A DNA stretch of 64,000 nt from a virus (lineage: Duplodnaviria; Caudoviricetes): the IMG/VR virus record IMGVR_UViG_3300016744_000005, positions 52,369 through 116,368 of that record. The stretch is one strand, 5' to 3'. The first letter of the stretch is position 1. Each line of letters begins with the position of its first letter. Positions 8,585 to 16,782 of this stretch are shown one piece after another. Under the pieces are notes generated by a model. It was not told where the DNA came from and did no database searches. It worked only from the letters and a program-made list of their open reading frames with translations. Both the position numbers and the translations under genes were made by a program.

Positions 8585-11062
8585 TTATTGCATGGTAACA
8601 TGCTGGTTATAGACAGTAGGTAGTGTTACCCCATTAGGGTCGATTACTACTGCCGCAGCATGAGTTAGTTGATAATGAGTAGATGCATCGTGGGATACCA
8701 TAAATACTGAGGAGTGGTGTCCACGGTCTACCAGTGATTTAATAAAGTCGATCATCTTTGAACGATGGTATTCATCAAAGCCTGACCCGAGTTCATCTAA
8801 GAACAGTGGAAAGCCTTCTAGACCCATCGCTTTATAGACAGCTAACATAAATACAAAGTTAATAACTTCTTTCTGTCCTTTTGAACCTAAACTAATATCC
8901 GGGATTTGAAAGTCAGCATCATTAGCCCAGAATGGGAACTTATAATCTAGCTCGCCGTCAGTCACATCACACGGCAGTATACGCATCTCATAACCCCAAA
9001 TCCGATTTACATAAGCAGTCATGAAATCAGTGATTTTAGTGATACATTGATACAGATGTTTAGCGAGGATACCGACATCGGGTGATAACGCCCGGATTAT
9101 CTTCGATACTGCTGCTTGTTTTACTTCTAACTGGGTCAGATGAGCCTCTAATCGTACTAACTGTTCACGATCACGTTCCATGTCTTCATATCGCTGTTTG
9201 GCGATAATCAACACATCCCATAGTTCCTGACGATGTTCTTTGATAGTAATCGTACGAGCCTGTGAGATCAACGTAGCGACTGCTGACTGTCTTTCTGATA
9301 CTAACTGACCAATCTGTCCATCGATGCGCTGTAAATGCTCCATACGCTGTTGTGTGTTATCTAATAACGTTAACTGTGCATGTACATCACGTTGACGTAA
9401 TTGGATTTGCGCTATCTGCGCATCTAACTCACCACGTATCACTTTTAACTCACCGATGTTTTCAGTTTGAGTAGCTTGGATTAAACGAATGTCATCATCT
9501 AAACGACGACCACGGAACTCCAGTCGTACTAACGACACTGCACGCTGTAACTCCTGTCCGAATCGCTGTACTACAGCAATATGCTCGCGTGGTTGTGTGG
9601 TATATGCAGCTACAGAGGATAAATGCTCGAACAGTACTGTAACAGGACCGGTACTAAACCGTTCCAATTCAGAGAGCTGTCGCATCGTTTCTGTTAAGCC
9701 ACGATAGACATCAATCTGAGACTGTAACTCAGCTAACTCTGTCTGTGTTTTACCTAGTAGCTCTCGTCCCTGTACACACTGTTGTTGTAACTGTGCTAAC
9801 TCGTCAGGACGAACACCCGGTTTAAACTGGTGTTTACATTGTGGACAATCTACATCGGCGGTATGTCCGATATGTTTTAAGCGATCCTCACGCAGTGCTA
9901 TCTGATTCGTGATCTGGTTGATACGTTTTTGTAATTCACCACCTTGAGCCACTAAAGTCTGGTAACGTTCACCGAGATTATCAATCGGGTATTGTCCACC
10001 TAACGCCGTTAAACCATCAGTTAACGTATCGCTAATGTGGCGATAGCCATTGACTGCTGTCTGTAAAGCAGACTCATCGTATTCACGCAAACGTGGGAAT
10101 TGCCAATCTAATGCTAATAAATCCGACACCTGGTGGCGTAGATTATTTAACTCTGATTGTAATCCCTCTAAATCTACACGTTCAGTAGAGTCGAATTTCT
10201 CGATACGTTTCACGATATCTTCTACTTTAGAGAGTAAATGATCCTGAGTGGTCTTTAAAGCCACTAGATCGCACTCTAACGCATTTCTATCTATATTGAT
10301 GAGTGATTTATCACGGTAGACGTTAGATTTCAATATCGTTTGATTGAGAGCGTTTAAAGACACATCGATCTGTGCGATAGTATCTAACGATACTGTGCTC
10401 TGTTGTGGTGCTCTGGCGATAGCACGATCCAGTAACCCGATATCATGCTGCAATACCTCTAAACGAACACGCAGTGCATCTCGTTCTTCGGTAGACTCTA
10501 ATACTTTAGGTTTTAGACTACTGATTTGATTACGGGAGTCTTTAATCGCCCCGGTTAAATCGCGGTGACGTATTTTAGCCTGCTGAAAGAACTTTAAAGC
10601 GTAGGATAAATCAGATTCTGATAACTGACTAAACCAGTAGCGTCTATCTGGTGTCCGCATCTCAGTAAATAGCGTTTTACCCATTAAGATTTCATGCAGG
10701 TCTTTACTATAGTGGAATAACTCCTGTATCGTGGTGTTGAACACCGTCGGATTAGCGTTCTCTACCAGATACTCCATGGTCTCGAGATTCTGAATAGAAC
10801 ACTTGATCCCTTTTTGATTAATACAGGTTAATTCATACCGAGTATTCTGGAAGTTGACGATCTGGCGCCACACACCACCCTCGGTGATATCGTTCTTATT
10901 CGGGGCCTGTGGCGGGAGCATTGACATCAGTCGTGACTTACCAGAACCATTACGACCTAATATCAAGGTATATTGACCAATCTCAGTTAATTTAAACCGA
11001 GAGATATTATTTAACCGCATACCAGTAAAATGATCTAATTGAAACTCTTCGATTGCGTACAT
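8585..11062 (-). CDS. sbcC: SbcC/Rad50-like SMC ATPase
   Basis: Walker A GRNGSGKS, coiled coils, zinc hook CPQC, signature GSKGQ, Walker B FLDE, H-switch VSH. Confidence 0.92.
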   Translation of the reverse strand: MYAIEEFQLDHFTGMRLNNISRFKLTEIGQYTLILGRNGSGKSRLMSMLPPQAPNKNDITEGGVWRQIVNFQNTRYELTCINQKGIKCSIQNLETMEYLVENANPTVFNTTIQELFHYSKDLHEILMGKTLFTEMRTPDRRYWFSQLSESDLSYALKFFQQAKIRHRDLTGAIKDSRNQISSLKPKVLESTEERDALRVRLEVLQHDIGLLDRAIARAPQQSTVSLDTIAQIDVSLNALNQTILKSNVYRDKSLINIDRNALECDLVALKTTQDHLLSKVEDIVKRIEKFDSTERVDLEGLQSELNNLRHQVSDLLALDWQFPRLREYDESALQTAVNGYRHISDTLTDGLTALGGQYPIDNLGERYQTLVAQGGELQKRINQITNQIALREDRLKHIGHTADVDCPQCKHQFKPGVRPDELAQLQQQCVQGRELLGKTQTELAELQSQIDVYRGLTETMRQLSELERFSTGPVTVLFEHLSSVAAYTTQPREHIAVVQRFGQELQRAVSLVRLEFRGRRLDDDIRLIQATQTENIGELKVIRGELDAQIAQIQLRQRDVHAQLTLLDNTQQRMEHLQRIDGQIGQLVSERQSAVATLISQARTITIKEHRQELWDVLIIAKQRYEDMERDREQLVRLEAHLTQLEVKQAAVSKIIRALSPDVGILAKHLYQCITKITDFMTAYVNRIWGYEMRILPCDVTDGELDYKFPFWANDADFQIPDISLGSKGQKEVINFVFMLAVYKAMGLEGFPLFLDELGSGFDEYHRSKMIDFIKSLVDRGHHSSVFMVSHDASTHYQLTHAAAVVIDPNGVTLPTVYNQHVTMQ

Positions 11063-11108
11063 GTGAAAGCCTATCGAGTATAAGTGCTATACGATAGCTA
11101 TTTCGGGT

Positions 11109-11136
11109 AAAAAAAAAGAGCCCACTTAAGGGCTCT
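11109..11136 (-). terminator. Intrinsic terminator
   Basis: agagccc/gggctct stem then a T-run on the minus strand. Confidence 0.75.
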
Positions 11137-11156
11137 AATTAGTTATGCACGATTAT

Positions 11157-13097
11157 TTACGGGATTATCGACTCTGTTAAAATAGCCGCAGGCAGAATAC
11201 CCATAAAGATAAAATGGTGCATAGTGGATTCTGGATCTGATATATCAATAATTGCATTGTCATAATTACCGTGTAACAACTCGTGGCACTGATCGATAGT
11301 CAACATCGTGTGGAGCGGTGTGATGTTCCGGGCAATTTTCCGCAGATCGGCGGCAGGAGCAATTTGCCGTAATACATCGGCATGGATAAACCCAGGGTAT
11401 TGGTAAGTTTTTACATCCCCACAGATACTCAACAATTTAACACGGCGTTTATACCCGAACCGATTTAAAGTCTCTTTTAAACGATCCACGCTTAACCGAG
11501 AATCAAATTCACTCGGTACAGGTGTATTATCTACGGTATCGCCAGTTAATACCGATAAGACTTCTTCATCTGACATAACACTATCTACCATCACACGCGC
11601 AGTAGATTCATCTGGGTCAGACATCACTACACCACGATACCCTAATCGCTCTACACATTTTAACAAGCTATCAGTCGATTGATTATTAGCGTGTATGTGG
11701 GTATTGAAGCGATTAATCCACTGGGCAAATTTAACAGTCTCTAAGAGCTCCTTATACTTAGGGCTAATAATACCATTGTAATAATACACACCCAGTACGT
11801 CACCGTGTTCCAACATCCCATCAAATCCCCAACATTGCAACAACTCGCGGATATCAGCTTCTGATAACTTTGAGTTACGCAATACAGTTACTGCATACTC
11901 TGGTTTTTTAATCATCTCCTCTAAATCAGATACATCCTGAATGTCGGTCAGCAGATCCACATGGTTAGCGGCAATTATGCCATGATAACCATAAGTATTT
12001 TGGAACAGGTGTTTAACATCGTAAAGATCCAATAATTTAACATCGTATCCTAACTCAGTTAGTGCGTGTTCCATATCAGCCAATTCCAAACTACTGTAAA
12101 TGGTAGTATGTGGAGCTGGTGTATCGATAGGTCGACGAGACGTACGTGTTGGATGTACTTTAGCGTCAACGCGTTCCGCATTAGACACGTGTCCTACACG
12201 CTCAGGGTCCAATACATCGCGTAACCGCAGTGATGTGTTTTGTGTCATGTCACGACCACTCATCTCACCCAATCGCAGTCTCCGTGAGTCCTGACGTATG
12301 TCGCGTCGAGCATCATGTGCCAGCATCGGATTTTCATGACGTGCTAACTCAGCGCGGCTACGTGCATCGAGTGTAGGTGCCTGATGGCGTCGTACTGTGC
12401 GTCCTATCATTTGCAAATTACAACCATACTGACTTTCCACAGCGACTACATATGTAACTCCGTCGATTGTTACAGGGTAATAATTTTTACCCGATTGTTT
12501 AAATGGTGTTGACCGTACCTCTACATCGGGCTGCAGTTGTGTTACCTCTAATACATCGCTGTAATGCAATACGTTAGTAAATGGTAACTTACCGACAATT
12601 AGATACGGTAAATCACTGTCAGGTAATTCAGCCACGTTAGCGACATTAAACACCAATGGACCTATTACTGTATATCCGAGATTAACCAATTGATGCAAAT
12701 TACATTCTGGTGTATATTGCCCGAAGTGCGCACTATTGGTAGTACGTACCCCGCTACCTACGGTAAACCATGGTTCTGCTGTGACTTCTCTACCTACACA
12801 CTCTTCCACTGCCCATAAACCATCTGCAGTGACTATAGAGTCGTGCGACATTTTACCACAGGCTTTCATGGGAACCCGCAGCGCATGTAAACGTATGGTG
12901 TCAGAAACGACCACCGGCGGTCTGTCTACAAAGTTTTTACTCAACTGGTGGATGTCGCCACCGAACGTGTATTCTTCTGGCAGGATGTATGCAAACCCAT
13001 TAGAGATTTGTAATTGTTCAGCATTATCAGAAACGATCTGTGCGATTTCATTCAGCGTAGCTAAACGTACTTGGTTATTAAAAATGATGTATTCCAT
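11157..13097 (-). CDS. Hypothetical protein; N-terminus paralogous to 13162-14031, C-terminal tandem repeats
   Basis: 646 aa; repeated S.L....L..(L/F/W)G(Y/F) and Y.Y.G.I segments. Confidence 0.8.
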   Translation of the reverse strand: MEYIIFNNQVRLATLNEIAQIVSDNAEQLQISNGFAYILPEEYTFGGDIHQLSKNFVDRPPVVVSDTIRLHALRVPMKACGKMSHDSIVTADGLWAVEECVGREVTAEPWFTVGSGVRTTNSAHFGQYTPECNLHQLVNLGYTVIGPLVFNVANVAELPDSDLPYLIVGKLPFTNVLHYSDVLEVTQLQPDVEVRSTPFKQSGKNYYPVTIDGVTYVVAVESQYGCNLQMIGRTVRRHQAPTLDARSRAELARHENPMLAHDARRDIRQDSRRLRLGEMSGRDMTQNTSLRLRDVLDPERVGHVSNAERVDAKVHPTRTSRRPIDTPAPHTTIYSSLELADMEHALTELGYDVKLLDLYDVKHLFQNTYGYHGIIAANHVDLLTDIQDVSDLEEMIKKPEYAVTVLRNSKLSEADIRELLQCWGFDGMLEHGDVLGVYYYNGIISPKYKELLETVKFAQWINRFNTHIHANNQSTDSLLKCVERLGYRGVVMSDPDESTARVMVDSVMSDEEVLSVLTGDTVDNTPVPSEFDSRLSVDRLKETLNRFGYKRRVKLLSICGDVKTYQYPGFIHADVLRQIAPAADLRKIARNITPLHTMLTIDQCHELLHGNYDNAIIDISDPESTMHHFIFMGILPAAILTESIIP

Positions 13098-13125
13098 GGA
13101 GAGTATTCCTTATAGAAGTAAATAG

Positions 13126-13152
13126 ATTAGGTAGTACTTAGCACTACCTAAT
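13126..13152 (-). terminator. Intergenic hairpin
   Basis: attaggtagt / actacctaat arms. Confidence 0.55.
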
Positions 13153-13161
13153 TAGTAAGTA

Positions 13162-14031
13162 TTAATTATCGATAGTGCCAATAAAACGAGATACATCATC
13201 GTATACACGTCTAGAGCATCTTACCCCTAGTACGAATGAATTACCACGACGACGATCGTAGTCTAGTGACAAAAGCATATAGTGCAATGTAGGGAAATTT
13301 TCCTTTATCTTGTTATTTAACTCAAGTTGAGATAACTCAGACCAGAATCGTAGATCCACCGTATCGTGTGGATTAGATACTAAGGTATGGTGTACCAGCA
13401 GATATTGACGGTCGCCATCTGGGAACAGTAAAGTATAATCACCACTATTGTTGGTAAATTCATTGTAATTGTTCAAGCCAGCCAGCTCGATTTCACTGAG
13501 TGTCCATTCTGGCATTACTGCACAATGATTTATGACAGTATAGTCTCCTAAATCACTACGGGCTAGTGACTCTACATCTGCTGCTTTAATGACATAATCG
13601 TTTATCACGAGGTAACTAGTTAAATCAGTAGATGCTATCCCTACACGTTTACCAACATTATTAAACACGTGTTTTACACCACTGCCAACACGGTACCAAA
13701 TGTCGGGTTTACATAAAGTGGTGTGCACATACAGTAATTGGTGACCATCTGCGATCACCACAGTGTCGTAGTCTAACCAACCTATACCATTTTGTGCTAC
13801 ATCTGTAGTGTATAACTGTACGTATTCGTTAGTGTACACTGGCGTTTTAACGATGTTATTAATATCGATATAGCCTGTGTATCGCATGCCATTAGGTACG
13901 CCGATTAAATACCCATCCAGATTGATTACTTCACCTTTAAAACTCTCTGGTAATTTATTTACATCAGAGTGTGGTATGATGAAAGCTTGGTTATTAAAGT
14001 AGATAGGGGTTTTATTAGTTTTTGCAGCCAT
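13162..14031 (-). CDS. Hypothetical protein, paralogue of 11157-13097; start revised to 14031
   Basis: Shared FNNQ, D..V.ADG and W..VGSGV motifs; AAGGA RBS. Confidence 0.75.
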   Translation of the reverse strand: MAAKTNKTPIYFNNQAFIIPHSDVNKLPESFKGEVINLDGYLIGVPNGMRYTGYIDINNIVKTPVYTNEYVQLYTTDVAQNGIGWLDYDTVVIADGHQLLYVHTTLCKPDIWYRVGSGVKHVFNNVGKRVGIASTDLTSYLVINDYVIKAADVESLARSDLGDYTVINHCAVMPEWTLSEIELAGLNNYNEFTNNSGDYTLLFPDGDRQYLLVHHTLVSNPHDTVDLRFWSELSQLELNNKIKENFPTLHYMLLSLDYDRRRGNSFVLGVRCSRRVYDDVSRFIGTIDN

Positions 14032-14094
14032 GATAGTAATCCTTATAAACATGTTAGTAGTTAGTAGCGCTGTGCGATACACAACGCATACCGA

Positions 14095-14352
14095 TTAATA
14101 ATTATCAATTTCATCGAGTAAATAAGCAATACCTACACGAGTTAATGACAGTGTAGTCATATCTTCGTAATCGCTAACTTCTTCGATAGCGTCCAAGATG
14201 GACTGCTCGTCTTCACCGACAGCGTGTTCATGGCCCTGGTCATCTACACGATACACCGTAAATGCATCTGGCTCACGACCATCATCTAACTCTTTAATAG
14301 CCTCTACATCATTACCGTCAATTAGTACTGGGTGAATCGCATAATGGGCCAT
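14095..14352 (-). CDS. Small acidic hypothetical protein
   Basis: 85 aa, Asp/Glu-rich; AAGGA RBS; first gene after an early-type motif. Confidence 0.75.
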   Translation of the reverse strand: MAHYAIHPVLIDGNDVEAIKELDDGREPDAFTVYRVDDQGHEHAVGEDEQSILDAIEEVSDYEDMTTLSLTRVGIAYLLDEIDNY

Positions 14353-14404
14353 AATCGTATCCTTAGTTAAATTCTATAGAAGATGCATTGGACTTAATGC
14401 ATGA

Positions 14405-14429
14405 AATAATATATATCTGTAATTATTTT
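14405..14429 (-). promoter_or_regulatory. Early promoter-like motif
   Basis: AAAATAATTACAGATATATATTATT. Confidence 0.7.
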
Positions 14430-14448
14430 AACTACAATGGAGTAACTC

Positions 14449-15432
14449 ATGGATACCTCACAACTACACTTACATTCGATTGGATTAGTCTCTGCGAATA
14501 AACCGATGTCTTCACAAGAGATCTCTGTGATCCTGGTAGAGTATCGCTTTTCAGAGAACGAAGAGATCCTCACTAACCCTACTAAAGACACCACACAATT
14601 TCAAAACAAAGACGGTACTCAAGAGTCGGTACAAGTTACCACGGATAACTCTATTACTGCGACTTGGTTTAAAGCGAATACCAACCGGGTTACTCCACCT
14701 GATGTCCGTCGTGGCGATAAAGTTAAAATCTATCGTTTAGGAGATTCAGATAAGTACTATTGGGAGGATATGAACTCTGAAGGAGTAAAACGGTTAGAAA
14801 CGGTCGCTTGGTCATTTAATGCGGATCCTGCGAATGCGACTAAAGACGATCACTCTAACGCCTACGCTTTTGAAGTCTCTACCCACAATAAAACGATTAC
14901 ACTATCTACCAGTATGGCCAACGGCGAGAAAGCCCAGTTTACTGTACAGATCAACCCAGGTGAGGGTATTATCGCTATAGAAGATGAGAAAGGTAATTAC
15001 GTCTATTTGGATTCACCCAATACCGATATTAAGTTTCAGAATGCTAATGGTACCTTTACCCGTCTGAATAAAAAGAATATCGAGCAGTACGCCCCCGATA
15101 GCATGTTCGTTAAAGCTCAGAATCTCATCGACTTTAAATGTAAAGATTTTAAACTGTCCTGTCAGACTGCGTATGTGTCGTCACAAACCACTACTGTAGA
15201 TGCCACTAAAGTTACACTGAATGCACCACAGACGACCTGTACTGGTAATCTCACTGCCCGCTCACTCTCTATCGGTGGTGCTGGTGCATATGACTCAGGC
15301 TTTGCGGAGATTCGAGGTAAAGCGAGATTTTACTCTCCAGTAATATTTGATAGTTCGGTAGCATTTAAATCCAGTACGTCATTTGATGGACCAGCTGCCT
15401 TTAATGGTGGTACCTCAGGTGATCGTACTTAA
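14449..15432 (+). CDS. Baseplate central spike protein (phiKZ gp164 / gpV-like)
   Basis: NRVTPPDVRRGDKV.IYR...YYW OB-fold segment, then short beta-helix-like strands ending in 6-residue F-periodic repeats. Confidence 0.65.
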   Translation: MDTSQLHLHSIGLVSANKPMSSQEISVILVEYRFSENEEILTNPTKDTTQFQNKDGTQESVQVTTDNSITATWFKANTNRVTPPDVRRGDKVKIYRLGDSDKYYWEDMNSEGVKRLETVAWSFNADPANATKDDHSNAYAFEVSTHNKTITLSTSMANGEKAQFTVQINPGEGIIAIEDEKGNYVYLDSPNTDIKFQNANGTFTRLNKKNIEQYAPDSMFVKAQNLIDFKCKDFKLSCQTAYVSSQTTTVDATKVTLNAPQTTCTGNLTARSLSIGGAGAYDSGFAEIRGKARFYSPVIFDSSVAFKSSTSFDGPAAFNGGTSGDRT

Positions 15433-15442
15433 TACAGCATAG

Positions 15443-15472
15443 GTAGAGAGGAGCCCTAGGGCTCCTCTCTAC
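15443..15472. terminator. 30-bp perfect palindrome between convergent genes
   Basis: gtagagaggagccct|agggctcctctctac; TATGCTGT follows on the minus strand. Confidence 0.8.
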
Positions 15473-16674
15473 TATATACGTGCTTGGTAGTTAAACATAC
15501 GCGGTTGGATCGTGTCGACCCGATGTTCGCCCACTAACGCGTCATTCACCCGTGATTCATTATACCACGTGGTCGTCATAAACGCATAGTAAGGTAAGTG
15601 CGAGTGTCGGGTTTCCAGAGACCAAATACCTGCTTCCCAATGTGGCCAGTACTCTAAATTCCGACCATGCTGATCTACCAATAATCCTAGGTCATAACTA
15701 TCTGACATCAGATAATTACCCTGGAAGGCGTTGCGATCAATTGGAGTTTCCACCTGATACATATTTGGGTTATCAAAGATTACCACAAAACTATACGGTG
15801 AGGTAACATATTTTAATACTGCGGCATCAGAGCGCATTTTCGATACTACCGCAGAGATCTCTACGTCATCACATTCCATAAATGACAGGTCTAGATGTTT
15901 ACGAGACGTTAGTACTCGTTCGGCTAACCGTAGATTACGCAGTGAGATCATGATCGTTTGATCACCCACTACTCGTACGAAACCATCTAGTAAATGTAGA
16001 TACCCACCTAGGACGATGCCGACCGTTTTGTTTTTGAGTGATTTACCGGTATTGATAATCAAACGATTATAATACGTAGTGGTGTCATCCACTTTAAATA
16101 CCATCTGTGGAGTTAATGGTACTTGATCTAGCGTACCTAATCGTTCAAAGTTTAAACAGCCAGCAGTTAGATCAGTCGCTTTCCGGATAATATCCCCAGC
16201 ACCTTGTATCCGTAGTCCATAGTCATGATAGGTAGTCGGTAAGAAAAACCCACCTACCGACCACAGTGCGTTTTCATGTAAGTACTGTGGGGTTACCTTA
16301 GGATGGGTGACGATCACGTCGTCGTAGTCTTCTAAGGCCACTACATGCGATGGATGATAACCACGTTTCGCCAACTGATAATTACCACCTTCTTTATAAG
16401 CTAATGGTACATATTTAGCAGTGTCAGTATTTAATTCAGGATAACCTGCATTAAGTATTAAATTACGCTCACCGAGTGAATCAAACCATGTACGAAAGGT
16501 GTCCGCACTGTAAACCAGTTCAGATTCATAATCGTATAGATTTAACGTGTAGGGTTGTGCAAACGCATCTGCTACGGCGATCTCGATATCACGGTAATTT
16601 GCATACAAATCACTGCATTTCATATCTAATATATTCACCAATAACCAACTTTGGTTGGTCTTAGATCGAACCAC
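15472..16674 (-). CDS. Probable virion structural protein; 5' end uncertain
   Basis: 400-aa ORF with V.G.F and VLGGYLH segments recalled from phiKZ-like virion proteins; the only strong RBS-ATG (16712) is out of frame. Confidence 0.55.
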   Translation of the reverse strand: MVRSKTNQSWLLVNILDMKCSDLYANYRDIEIAVADAFAQPYTLNLYDYESELVYSADTFRTWFDSLGERNLILNAGYPELNTDTAKYVPLAYKEGGNYQLAKRGYHPSHVVALEDYDDVIVTHPKVTPQYLHENALWSVGGFFLPTTYHDYGLRIQGAGDIIRKATDLTAGCLNFERLGTLDQVPLTPQMVFKVDDTTTYYNRLIINTGKSLKNKTVGIVLGGYLHLLDGFVRVVGDQTIMISLRNLRLAERVLTSRKHLDLSFMECDDVEISAVVSKMRSDAAVLKYVTSPYSFVVIFDNPNMYQVETPIDRNAFQGNYLMSDSYDLGLLVDQHGRNLEYWPHWEAGIWSLETRHSHLPYYAFMTTTWYNESRVNDALVGEHRVDTIQPRMFNYQARI

Positions 16675-16782
16675 TGCCGGTATAGCCGGTAGGTGTATAA
16701 CGTGCTAGCCATGGGACACTCCTTAAAATGATGGTAGCCAATTCTATGCAATAATTAATATTTCCCACTGAGGATATGTGAC

